Below, piece by piece: positions 1 to 9,752 of a stretch of DNA of 64,000 nucleotides. The notes beneath the pieces were generated by a model. That model did no database searches, had not been told where the DNA came from, and saw only the letters and a program-made list of their open reading frames with translations. This DNA is from Ostreococcus lucimarinus (lineage: Eukaryota): the NCBI GenBank assembly GCA_000092065.1, contig CP000594.1. One strand, written 5' to 3'. Position numbers and translations under genes: made by a program. The first letter of the stretch is position 1. Each line of letters begins with the position of its first letter.

Positions 1-126
1 CCCTAAACCCTAAACCCTAAACCCTAAACCCTAAACCCTAAACCCTAAACCCTAAACCCTAAACCCTAAACCCTAAACCCTAAACCCTAAACCCTAAACC
101 CTAAACCCTAAACCCTAAACCCTAAA
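1..126. repeat. Telomere repeat array, (CCCTAAA)x18, the C-rich strand of TTTAGGG, at the chromosome terminus
   Basis: Perfect heptamer CCCTAAA repeated 18 times from position 1. TTTAGGG is the plant/green-algal type telomere. Its orientation marks this as a left chromosome end. Confidence 0.95.
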
Positions 127-450
127 AGTCATCCAAACCCTAGTTTACCCCGCCCTCACTAACGTAGCCCTCAACCCTAAACCAGTATCACACATTTCCA
201 AAAAAACCCAAACCGCGGCCTACACCCGCGTCGACGTAAAGGGCCGGGTCGCCGCCGGCACCCAGAGTTCCGCACACGCGCGCTCGTACACAGATGTAAA
301 TGCGTGTTTCCGACACATCCGCAAAATTCCAGCGTCGTCGACCGCCAGTGTAGTGGTTTTGGTGACCCCTTTACTCGCGCAACTTTCAGGGCGCCAAAAG
401 CGCGCAACTGCTAACCCTAGTTTCTTACCCTAGTTTTAGGGAGGCGCGTT
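127..450. repeat. Degenerate telomere-like subtelomeric sequence
   Basis: Decayed copies (aaaccctag, ccctcaaccctaaacc) follow the array. An inverted ccctagttttaggg motif sits near 410-440. There is no coding signal here. Confidence 0.5.
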
Positions 451-655
451 CGAGGGGCGACGCGTGCTGGAAGACGACGCGGGGCGACGACGGCGCGGGT
501 TCGTCGTGATATCACGAGATAATTTCGACTCTCTCTTCGATTCGTATTTTTTTTAGATTTTTCCGACTCATCTAATTCTCGCACATCCTCGGTGTACTCG
601 CGGGACGACGACGGCGACGATGGCGGATTCGGCCGAACGCACGAGTACTGGACGC

Positions 656-2263
656 CTACTTTCTGATTGCTCTAAGTTCGTCATGCATTTCACCCAGTCG
701 TTCGGCCTCAGCCGTCAGCTGCTTCACGTCGCCGATCGACAGCGCATCCGCTTCAATTTTAGGAAGCATGACGACGCGTCGCGCCTTGTGAAGCGCCTCG
801 ATGGCGTGCTTGAACTCGCCTTCGGGCTTCGGAGGAATCCAGGCGCCACCGGTACGGGTACGTACGGCGAGCGACGCAACATCCTCGGCGAGCGACGCGA
901 CGGCACGCCGGACGTCGGATACAAGCGTCTGGTCGGGTGTGTTCAACGCTGTAGGCATCGGCGGGCATCGCGTACGGCATCGCCGCGGGCGGCTGGTTGT
1001 ACATCCACCATTGCGGCGGCGGCGGGCGTTCCGACGAACTGCGCGGCGTTCGGAGTCCTCGGTGGTTCCGGTGGTTGTGGTGGTTCCGGCGCTTGCTGCG
1101 TCAGTGGCCTCGGCACTCGAATGCGCGACTCGCGCCGTTCGTTCGTTCATCGCGGTTGCGTCCGTGAGGTGTTCGTCAACGCTCTTCGCACCTGAAACAG
1201 CTGCCTCTTTTCCATCTTTAGCCGAAGGCTTCTTCATTCGCAAAACCGTGACGTCGTAGAGCACAAAGTCTGTTTCAGTCTCGGGCGCGAGGATCAGTCG
1301 TCGACAGTCCTTTCGACAACCGATGATACCGCGTGCGAGCGCTTCGGGTAAGCCCGAATCGTCGTCGCCGATTCGTTTCACTTTCAAACCCGCGACGCGC
1401 TTCGACGTTTCGTCGAACAACTGCAACGCCAAAAAGTCATACGGCTCGCTCGCCGGCGGTAAACCACCTCGGACGGCTTCATAGTTCAGCTGCACGCTAT
1501 CACCCTTTTCCAAAGTCGCACCACCGCTTGAAGAAGATTTCTCTGTGCTAATATCTAAGACGATTGCCTCGAGGCTCTCGCGACGCGCGACAAACTGCGC
1601 GATGGTGATTTGCGCCGCCACCGCCAGCCAATCGCTCTCGTCACGCGTTAAAGCGCTGAATAAAATCGCGTCGTCGTGATGAATCGTCACGTAATTATCT
1701 CTCTGCAGCTCGCACGTCAGACGCGCGTCGATGACTCGTCGTACGAGCGGTCGTTTTTCGACGTCGTAAACGAGCAAACTTCGCTTGCTCGCCGACGCGC
1801 AGTCTAAAATAGCCAATCCGGCCGCGCCCACGGCGACGTACTCGCCATCTTTGAATCGGTAGACCTGCGACAACGACGTTCCGAATCGCAAGCGCTCGGC
1901 TTCGGTTCCGCTCGCCGACGCCGAGACGGACGAACACTCTCGCGCCGAGTCTGAACGGGCGTCGTCATCCAAGACGACCGCGGAGGACGATGAAGCCTCG
2001 CGAACGTCGTCATCCGTATCAATCGCGTCGTGCATGACGTTCGCTTCACCCTCTGCGACAGCATCATCGACGACTCCGCCGATTTCGTCATCATCGAGAA
2101 CACCATCATCGTGTGCAGCTTCGCCGGCCGTCGTCTCCTCGTGCGCAGCGTCGCTAGCCGTCGTCACCTCGATCGGGACGGCATCGACGTCGACATCCTC
2201 GTCGCCGAATAATCGCGATCGACGCTTCGAACGCTCTCGCCCACCAGGGTCGTTCGCGGGCAT
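656..2263 (-). CDS. Hypothetical protein, Arg-rich and low-complexity in its C-terminal third; the first gene inward from the telomere
   Basis: Continuous minus-strand ORF 656..2773. The first in-frame ATG (MPANDPGG) is at 2263. The middle region (FKDGEYVAVGAAGLAILD...DFLALQLFDETSKRVAGLKVKRIG...DFVLYDVTVL) reads as a genuine folded domain, but I do not recognise the family. Confidence 0.4.
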   Translation of the reverse strand: MPANDPGGRERSKRRSRLFGDEDVDVDAVPIEVTTASDAAHEETTAGEAAHDDGVLDDDEIGGVVDDAVAEGEANVMHDAIDTDDDVREASSSSAVVLDDDARSDSARECSSVSASASGTEAERLRFGTSLSQVYRFKDGEYVAVGAAGLAILDCASASKRSLLVYDVEKRPLVRRVIDARLTCELQRDNYVTIHHDDAILFSALTRDESDWLAVAAQITIAQFVARRESLEAIVLDISTEKSSSSGGATLEKGDSVQLNYEAVRGGLPPASEPYDFLALQLFDETSKRVAGLKVKRIGDDDSGLPEALARGIIGCRKDCRRLILAPETETDFVLYDVTVLRMKKPSAKDGKEAAVSGAKSVDEHLTDATAMNERTARVAHSSAEATDAASAGTTTTTGTTEDSERRAVRRNARRRRNGGCTTSRPRRCRTRCPPMPTALNTPDQTLVSDVRRAVASLAEDVASLAVRTRTGGAWIPPKPEGEFKHAIEALHKARRVVMLPKIEADALSIGDVKQLTAEAERLGEMHDELRAIRK

Positions 2264-2499
2264 CTTCGTCCTCGGACGCGCCTCGGACGCGCCCGTCTGT
2301 GACGTGAGCGGCCGCAAAACTTGACGCGGGTTCGCCCGTCGACGGCGGCGGGCGACGGTGATCGCGTACACCGGCACCACGGCACCGCGGCACACTCGGC
2401 GCCAACGTCGCCGCGCGCGACGCGTTCGCGTCGGCTCGTCAATTACGGCAGTCGAACGATTGGAGTAGTGTCGTCGATTCAAAAGCTTCGTCCAGCGGC

Positions 2500-4392
2500 A
2501 TGGCTGGCGATGACGTGGTGGGGACGAGTGACAACGTCGACGTCGAAGCGTTCCAGTCGCGCGATCGCGTGAATTGGGCCGACGACGGTGACGCGGCGAG
2601 CTCGTCGGACTCGGACTGGCTCGAACACGACAAAGCCGACGAAAGCTCCCTTGGAATCGATGTGATTCGTCGATTGATGACGGCGAACGAACATGACGAA
2701 AACGTGGAATGGGCGCGCGTGAATCAGTCGGCTTCACGGCTCGGCACAATGCGACAACAAGAGATCCTTGCATTGGAACGTGCGACCGCGAAGAAACTGC
2801 GTAAACACAGGCGGAGGACGAAAGTCACAAGCAAAAGCAAAGCACGAATCTTATCCTCCGAAACGTCAAGAATGGAGCTTCCTGAATCCACGGTTTTGAC
2901 GTTGACGTCGGCCAAAGAGTCAGCGAAGAGGATCGTATCAATCAGGGACGATATCGAGGTGGTGATTCACGACGTCCAGACCAGCGGCGGCGTGTACAAA
3001 TCATCGCATAAAAAAACGTTCGTGCAAATAGCGTGGAAGGAAAAACGAAATGCAACTCGCAAGGTCAAGACACGGAGAATAGAGGGTACAGAGAATCCAT
3101 CTTGGGACGCGCAAGGGAAGTTCATCTTTCAGAATTGTCGGGCGAATGCGGCTGGCAGCAAATTCGTCATCAAACTAAAGGAAGTGCGCTGGTTTAAAAG
3201 AGAAACAGTCGTTGGTTACGCAAAGATTCCGAGTACTTTGGTTCCATTGGATGGGACGAAGTTGAAGCTTCGCATCGCGCTCGTGACGAAAAGGCACAGA
3301 GCCAAGGCTGTGCTGAGCATGACAATCGGAAAAGCGACGTTTGAGGAGCCAGCGCTGGGGGAGGGTGGACACTTTCCCGTCGTCACCGGCGCCGAACAAG
3401 AACTCGTCTCATTCGAAGGAAACTTTCCCTCCAGGCGCGAAAAATTAGACTTGATGGTTGTTAACGTGATGAGCGCTCGCGGCGTATTCGACGCCGATGG
3501 GTTCGGTACGAGCGACGTGTTCATCAGACTCGGTTTCGACACTACGCCCATCGAAGAACGCTACCAAACTACGATTAAGTACCGCACTCGCAATCCTGAG
3601 TGGAACGAGCGTTTCTTGTTGCGTGTACCAAGCGTCGATGCAGCTAGGGGCGAACCCAAAGCAATCGTGTTCACGGTGTGGGACAAGGACAGATTCTCGC
3701 CGAGCGACTTCCTTGGGGCCGCCGCTATTCCACTCGACCGTGTTTCGACTACTGGCAGCGTCGCGGATTTGGACATGGATTTGAAGGCTAGAATTGCGCC
3801 GGACCTCGCGGGTGAGGTGTGCTTCATCCATCCACGCGCACCCGCAGATTTGGGTAAACTTCGAGTCAAGGTTTCGGCGCTCATCAGTGACGCCGCCGAA
3901 ACAATCGCAAAGACAGTCAATTTAGGAAGGATAGATCCCACTGAAGGCACAAGTCTGGCTACGAGCGTACACGTCGCCGTCATCGCGGCGAGAAAGTTGT
4001 TACATGTTGACACCAAAGGGTCCTGCGATGCTTTCGCGTACGTGCGAATGGACAATGCGCCCAAGAATGAATTCTGCAGGACAGATACAATCGCAAACAC
4101 GCTCCATCCCGTGTGGAACAACGGCATGGGAAAGACCTGTTCTCTCATCGCTCGTCCGGGCTCTGGAGATGTCTTGTTTCAATTGTACGATCGCAACCTG
4201 CTTAGCAAAACGCTCATGGGAACTGCGTCGGTGTCGTTGGCGTCTCTGCCTCCAGATGGTTCATGGACACAAATCGCAACTCCAGTTTATGGCCAGGACA
4301 AGAATCGAAACACTCTCGTCGGCGGTTCGGACAGTTCCATGGCATGGAACGCTCCAGAGAGAGTGAAGGGTGAAACTCATCGTTCGCCTTAG
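2500..4392 (+). CDS. Multiple-C2-domain protein, N-terminal segment; probably the same gene as 4370..7339 (MCTP/QUIRKY-like)
   Basis: Real ATG at 2500. C2-domain signatures are present (GTSDVFIRLGFDTTPIEERYQTTIKYRTRNPEWNERF...VWDKDRFSPSDFLGAAAIPL, plus a second C2 at DAFAYVRMDNAPKNEFCRTDTIANTLHPVWNN). The frame ends at 4392, and the downstream frame continues the same kind of protein. Confidence 0.55.
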   Translation: MAGDDVVGTSDNVDVEAFQSRDRVNWADDGDAASSSDSDWLEHDKADESSLGIDVIRRLMTANEHDENVEWARVNQSASRLGTMRQQEILALERATAKKLRKHRRRTKVTSKSKARILSSETSRMELPESTVLTLTSAKESAKRIVSIRDDIEVVIHDVQTSGGVYKSSHKKTFVQIAWKEKRNATRKVKTRRIEGTENPSWDAQGKFIFQNCRANAAGSKFVIKLKEVRWFKRETVVGYAKIPSTLVPLDGTKLKLRIALVTKRHRAKAVLSMTIGKATFEEPALGEGGHFPVVTGAEQELVSFEGNFPSRREKLDLMVVNVMSARGVFDADGFGTSDVFIRLGFDTTPIEERYQTTIKYRTRNPEWNERFLLRVPSVDAARGEPKAIVFTVWDKDRFSPSDFLGAAAIPLDRVSTTGSVADLDMDLKARIAPDLAGEVCFIHPRAPADLGKLRVKVSALISDAAETIAKTVNLGRIDPTEGTSLATSVHVAVIAARKLLHVDTKGSCDAFAYVRMDNAPKNEFCRTDTIANTLHPVWNNGMGKTCSLIARPGSGDVLFQLYDRNLLSKTLMGTASVSLASLPPDGSWTQIATPVYGQDKNRNTLVGGSDSSMAWNAPERVKGETHRSP

Positions 4393-7339
4393 CGCAACAA
4401 GAGAACCTTTCGCGAATGCTCCCAAACCGCCGCCCATATCCGAAATTGATAGATACGTCGTACATCACGAAACCAACAAATACTTGTACGTTCAGGGCAT
4501 GACATACGAAGGGTTACCGATTCGTCACGGCGCCAAGAGCACAAATATGCAGATCCGCATGTCGCTCAACACGCATAAGGATATAGTCTACGGAAGCGTG
4601 CAAAGGGGTGTGATGTCTAACTTTCACTTTGATCCCGAAGTCGCGGTGTTGCCGAAGACGACTCTAAGTCGGACATTGACGATTCAGGTTGTCTCAGAAC
4701 TGAAGAGTGTGTACGGCTCGCACACGTTTAGAAAGGCCTCGCGGAAAGTATTGAACTTGATGGGACTTGAGAAAAAGAAAGAGGATGATTTGTTCACATT
4801 AAACGAGACGAATGGAGACGTAAACGTCAATCAAAGCGATGACGATGAAGACGCAGACATTCAGTACGCGCAGAGTGATGAGATTTTTGTGAAAGGGAGT
4901 GCCATCGGTTACGTGCAGATTCCCGTCGAAGACTTGCTCGTCGGAGACTTGGTGCGAAAAAAGTTGAAACTCAAGCCGATGATGATGACAAAGTCCTGGC
5001 TCAAGATGAAGGAAGACCAATTGGGCGAAATAGAAGTCATGATTGGCTGCGGTTACTCGAAATTGGCACCGAAGGACTTGGAATTGATCAGCCAAGTCGC
5101 AAGACCGACGATCGGGAAGTTCTCATTCAACATCGCCTCCGTCGTTGGCGATCGAACGCCGTATCAACATGTCGCACCGATCATCGACAGCGTGCTCTCC
5201 ATGACTGATGAAAACGAGAAGTTTGGACGACATGTATACGCGACGGTGATGTGGGATGGTCGCGAAGAGAACATTAAATCTTCGCAAGAACGTTTCAACT
5301 TTTCCATAACGGAAATTTCTGGCGAAATCAGGGTACTTTTCAAGTGCCCGGATGCGATCAGTGGTGGCGAGCAGATTCTAGGCGCGATTTCGATTCCAAT
5401 CTCCAGCGTTCTCAAAGCGCAGGGTAGCTCCATCGATGCTTGGTTTAACATCACGCCTCCAAATCCAGCATTTCTGACGGAAAATGAAATGGCTGACCCG
5501 AGTCACGCCATGTGCGTGTACGCGCGTTCGAGTAATAATCCAAACGACTGGCAAGGTTTCGCTCGCATCAGGCTTTCTTTCGTACCAAAGGGTGGTAGCG
5601 CGCCGTGGGAGTGGTATCTCAAACAATCACCGATGGGGGTGAAGACGGCGCACATACCGGATACCATCGATGGTGTGCTCTTGAGTCTGCGGCATTTCGT
5701 CGAGTCTGTGCTCCTTCCCGCCAAGACGTTTGCAAGGGCGGCGATTTTCTACTCAAAGCCAGAGAGTCGATTGCTCAAGCTTTTATGGTTTGCGTATCAT
5801 ACCACGTGTTGCGCAGTGTTTCAATGTAAAATGGTGAGTACATTCATACTTTTATGGATAGTTCCTGGCTTGTTTTACACTGGTTTCTGCTCAAGCATCG
5901 TCGTCAGCGAGATTTGGTCAAACGTGTCTGCGTTTAAAGATGATGACGATGAGCTTGAAGCGTTGCGCGTTGAAGTCAATAAGATGGCTAAGATGCGAAA
6001 CAAAAAGATTCGCGAATTTAGAGATAAAACTTTGGAAAAGTGGAGATTGAAGAAGTTGCTTAGCCAAGGTCGCGACGTGACCATCTCGAGCGACGCCGTG
6101 AACGAAGGTGTAAGACGTCGCAAAGCAAAGCGCGCTCGCTTGGGTGTCGACGACGAACTTCCAGCGGTGGCGACCGTGTTTTTGCCGCGAAATATGATGA
6201 ACTACGTCATTGCTGTGGTCACGTCGTCGAATCCCGCAGAAATCGTGTTGAGGGCTATCAAAAAAATTGTTTGGAAATTACTCAATGTGATAAAAGGCGC
6301 AAGCGTCAAGTTGGTGCGAATTGACAAGGTACTCGCGTCTGGTGGCCCTCGAGTCATGCCAGGTCTGTGTCGGCGCGTGGGTGTAGAGTTGGAAACACTC
6401 GCAGATAAGTTTGGCCGACCCACACAGTTGGTTTCGTGGGGAAATACCACTTTGACCATGTATTTCTCGCTACTCACGTGCGCGCTGACGTTAGCGTTCT
6501 GTTGCGCTCTCTTTGCGTTGCAGCAATTCTTTGCATTTATCGACCATTACTCTCCTCTGCGCATCTGGCACGTCATCTGGTTCATCGGAATCGCGCCTAC
6601 TTTACCGTTTTTGAGTGAACAAATGTTGCAAGCAGCGGTAGCGCTCGACACGGGCATGCAGCTCTTCGTCGGTCTGTACGTGCCTGTGCGGCCAATTTCT
6701 CTCGTCACCATAAAAGCGATCAAACAGTCGCTCGACATCCAACTCACAGATAACTGTAAAGTTTTGTACGAAACGGTGAAAAAGGAAGTGAATGCGGAAA
6801 TCACGAACCGAGAGCTTTTGAGACGAAAGCAAGAGGCGGAAAAACTGGGCGCTTCGCAGAGAAATTTCTGCAAGAACAGATCGAATCCGATCGCCTGGCT
6901 AGCTTCGGCAATTCAACGCGCGCCGACGGAACGGGACATGATGCACGAAGCACGTATGCGCGCGCTCATGGTTCCTGGGCACGCACACCCACCCGATGTA
7001 TCGATTTTCCGAGAAAATGTCGACGTGAGACGCGCCTCCGCCTACGCGCTCGGAAAGCTGCTCGCGTTCGCCATCGCCATTCCCATCAGAGCGCTCAACG
7101 CGCCCATGGGCGTGATGAAAATGTCTAGCGAGAAACGGTTGGATGCATATGATGCGTGCACGCAACTGTGCGCTCTCAATTGGCTGCGTTACGAGTCCCG
7201 AGGCAATCTCCCCTTCGGACACCGCAAAACCGTCGTCACACCGATGGCCGCCGACGGCATTGAACGCTCGCCCGCGGGCGCTCGCATCGTCGACGTCGTC
7301 GACGAAGACATGACGAAATCAAGCATCGAATCGACATAA
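4370..7339 (+). CDS. Multiple-C2-domain and transmembrane-region protein, C-terminal segment (MCTP-like); frame-shifted continuation of 2500..4392
   Basis: Open frame from 4370 (a GTG, not a real start) to the TAA at 7339. It has further C2-like regions and several hydrophobic segments near the C-terminus (LLTCALTLAFCCALFALQQFFAFIDHY, IWHVIWFIGIAPTLPFL). The locus is lower in GC (about 50%) than its flanks. Confidence 0.5.
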   Translation: MKLIVRLSATREPFANAPKPPPISEIDRYVVHHETNKYLYVQGMTYEGLPIRHGAKSTNMQIRMSLNTHKDIVYGSVQRGVMSNFHFDPEVAVLPKTTLSRTLTIQVVSELKSVYGSHTFRKASRKVLNLMGLEKKKEDDLFTLNETNGDVNVNQSDDDEDADIQYAQSDEIFVKGSAIGYVQIPVEDLLVGDLVRKKLKLKPMMMTKSWLKMKEDQLGEIEVMIGCGYSKLAPKDLELISQVARPTIGKFSFNIASVVGDRTPYQHVAPIIDSVLSMTDENEKFGRHVYATVMWDGREENIKSSQERFNFSITEISGEIRVLFKCPDAISGGEQILGAISIPISSVLKAQGSSIDAWFNITPPNPAFLTENEMADPSHAMCVYARSSNNPNDWQGFARIRLSFVPKGGSAPWEWYLKQSPMGVKTAHIPDTIDGVLLSLRHFVESVLLPAKTFARAAIFYSKPESRLLKLLWFAYHTTCCAVFQCKMVSTFILLWIVPGLFYTGFCSSIVVSEIWSNVSAFKDDDDELEALRVEVNKMAKMRNKKIREFRDKTLEKWRLKKLLSQGRDVTISSDAVNEGVRRRKAKRARLGVDDELPAVATVFLPRNMMNYVIAVVTSSNPAEIVLRAIKKIVWKLLNVIKGASVKLVRIDKVLASGGPRVMPGLCRRVGVELETLADKFGRPTQLVSWGNTTLTMYFSLLTCALTLAFCCALFALQQFFAFIDHYSPLRIWHVIWFIGIAPTLPFLSEQMLQAAVALDTGMQLFVGLYVPVRPISLVTIKAIKQSLDIQLTDNCKVLYETVKKEVNAEITNRELLRRKQEAEKLGASQRNFCKNRSNPIAWLASAIQRAPTERDMMHEARMRALMVPGHAHPPDVSIFRENVDVRRASAYALGKLLAFAIAIPIRALNAPMGVMKMSSEKRLDAYDACTQLCALNWLRYESRGNLPFGHRKTVVTPMAADGIERSPAGARIVDVVDEDMTKSSIEST

Positions 7340-7444
7340 TATACTTCTACGATTACAATTCTTGATACATTTCTAGTAATGCGGCAAATAGTACAAACTT
7401 GTAACACCACGCACGCACGCACGCACACGCGCGCCGCGAACCAC

Positions 7445-8038
7445 TCATTGCACCTCGTGGTTCCAAGAATACGAGTCGTCTTCGGACGGTGGAAACGGTT
7501 CCTCCCACGCGCGCACTGTCGGCTTCATGACGCTCCGTCTTCGTCGTCCCTGCGTGCGCAAGCCCGCAATTTGAGCTTCGATTTGCGCCCGCATCTCCGG
7601 CGTTCCCACCGCGTTGTTTTCCTCATAATCGTTCGCGCGCGACGCCCGTGCCTGTTCCCGCTCTCTTCGCAACGCTCGCAACTGTTCGCGCCACTTTGAT
7701 TTCCACGCCTCAGTCTTGACGTCGTTCAAATTCCCGATAGTGCTCGACGTCAGCATTTCGTACGCCTTTTTCGCCCGCAAAAACGTCATGATTCGTTCAT
7801 CCTTCTCCTCCTCGCTCGCGTCCACGCACGCGTTGACGACGTCTGGGTGATTCAACTTGGCGCAGCGCTTGTACGCCCGCTTACACGCGTCGCGCGACGC
7901 TCCGCGCGCGACGCCCAGTGCGTCGTACGGGGACGACGACGAAATCGACGCGAAGAACGCGTCGGCATCGAACGACGCCCGCGCGTGCGCGGAAACTTGG
8001 CGTCGACGACGACGCAGACACGCTCGACGACGCGCGCC

Positions 8039-8072
<34 letters not shown>

Positions 8073-8089
8073 GAGCGCGCGTTGGACAT
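7445..8089 (-). CDS. DnaJ (J-domain) protein
   Basis: J-domain signature YDALGVARGASRDACKRAYKRCAKLNHPD. The start is taken at MSNARSTTTT (8089). Alternative in-frame ATGs are at 8290 (MSPINSARRSV) and 8356. Confidence 0.6.
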
Positions 8090-8223
8090 CGCGATCGCGC
8101 GAACGACGCGCGCGTCCGTTTCCACGCCGCTCGGGACGCGCGCGTCGGCGCGCACCGACGCGCGATGTGCGGACGCTCGCGCGAGCGTGACGAGCGGACG
8201 CTCGCCGCGCCATTCGCCGTCGC

Positions 8224-9261
8224 ATGCGCGTGCGAGCGACTGACGTTGCGCGCACGCGACGGATCGCCGCGCTGAATTTATCGGCGACATTGCGAGCGCG
8301 AGCACCGACGCGCGCGCGCATGGGCGCCCACGCGTCGTCGGCATCGGCGTCGGCATCATCGGCGCTCGTCAGCGCGGACTGGCTGGACGCGCACCGCGAT
8401 GACGTGCAGATCGTCGATGCGTCGTGGCACATGCCGGATTTGAAGCGAAACGGTGCGCGTGAACACGCGCGCACGCGGTTGACGCCGCAGACGGTGTTCT
8501 TCGACGTGGACAAGGTGAGCGACGGGCGAAACCCAGCGCCGCACATGCTGCCGAGCGCGAAGGCGTTCGAGGCGGCGTGCGAGACGTTGAAGCTGACGAA
8601 AACGAAGCCGATCGTGGTGTACGACACGAATGGAATGTTCTCAGCCGCGCGTGCGTGGTGGATGTTTCGCGCGCACGGATGGGAAAACGTGAAAGTTTTG
8701 GACGGAGGGAAACCTGCGTGGGACGCGCGCGCGTACGCGAGCGACGACGCCGAGCGCGCGGAGGAAGACATCGCGGCGCACGTCGATGCGTGCGCGCGCG
8801 CGATGCGCGCGCTCGGTGACGATGTGCCGGGTGATTTCAAAGGTACGCGCGCGGAGTTGGTGAAAACGAAAAGAGAAGTCGTCGAAAACATCCAAACTAA
8901 ATCGTTTCAAGTCGTCGACGCGAGAGGCGCGGCGCGCTTTCGCGGCGAGACGAAGGAGCCGCGCGAGGGCGTGCGTTCGGGGCACATTCCTGGAAGTAAA
9001 AATGTGTTCTTCGGCGAACTTTTGAACGAAGACAAAACGTTCAAGCCCGTTGAAGCGCTTCGCCAGGTGTTCGAGACGAGCGGGTTAGATTTGAGCGCCT
9101 CGGCGAAACCCATCGTGGCTTCGTGCGGCACCGGCGTCACGGCGGCCATCGTAGCTCTCGGATTACATGAATGCGGCGTCGAGGCCGCGGTGTACGATGG
9201 ATCTTGGACTGAGTACGGTGCGGACGCGCAGTGTCCACTCGCCACGGGACCGGCGGCGTGA
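8224..9261 (+). CDS. 3-mercaptopyruvate/thiosulfate sulfurtransferase (tandem rhodanese domains)
   Basis: Two rhodanese domains. The active-site loop is CGTGVTA (the MST-type CG[ST]GVTA). The N-terminus is ADWLDAH...VDASWHMP. There is a real ATG at 8224, giving an R-rich presequence; an alternative ATG lies at 8320. Confidence 0.75.
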   Translation: MRVRATDVARTRRIAALNLSATLRARAPTRARMGAHASSASASASSALVSADWLDAHRDDVQIVDASWHMPDLKRNGAREHARTRLTPQTVFFDVDKVSDGRNPAPHMLPSAKAFEAACETLKLTKTKPIVVYDTNGMFSAARAWWMFRAHGWENVKVLDGGKPAWDARAYASDDAERAEEDIAAHVDACARAMRALGDDVPGDFKGTRAELVKTKREVVENIQTKSFQVVDARGAARFRGETKEPREGVRSGHIPGSKNVFFGELLNEDKTFKPVEALRQVFETSGLDLSASAKPIVASCGTGVTAAIVALGLHECGVEAAVYDGSWTEYGADAQCPLATGPAA

Positions 9262-9752
9262 GAACGCGCTCGTTCTCACGTTCTGTGACTCGTTTGCACG
9301 TTCGACTCGCTCGGCTTCCAGTCCGCCTTGCGCGGCGGAAAGTTCTTTACGCTGGGTTTATACCTCGACTCCTTCCCACTCGATCGCGCCGCCGGGTGTA
9401 TGCACCCTACAGTGGTGTGATCGATGTCCCCCTCGCGATCGGTCGACACCGACTGAGCGAAGAAATCGTACCACGCGTGTTCTTGGCCCTGCTTTTTCGC
9501 CTCGTCGGGTCCAAACTCGCACTCGTACAAGGAACCGCGTCGTTCGGGTTCGCTCTCGCGCGCGCCGCCGGCGTGAATGCTGTATCCCATCGTTCGATCG
9601 ATGTATTCGAATCTCTCGCGCCGTGTTGTGTTGTAACGCCTCCAGAAACGCCCGCCTCGATTTCCGCGCCGGCGTTAGTCTCGCCGCCGACGCGACATGT
9701 GGATCAGATTTCGAGACGCCGCCGCCACCCACGCGGCACTTTACGACACGAC

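Noticed and set aside
4364-4393. 23-nt GT...AG segment as an intron resolving the C2-gene frameshift
   Set aside because: It is far shorter than any supported intron here (50 nt or more) and lacks a CTGAC branch motif. The discontinuity is retained as an unresolved finding instead.
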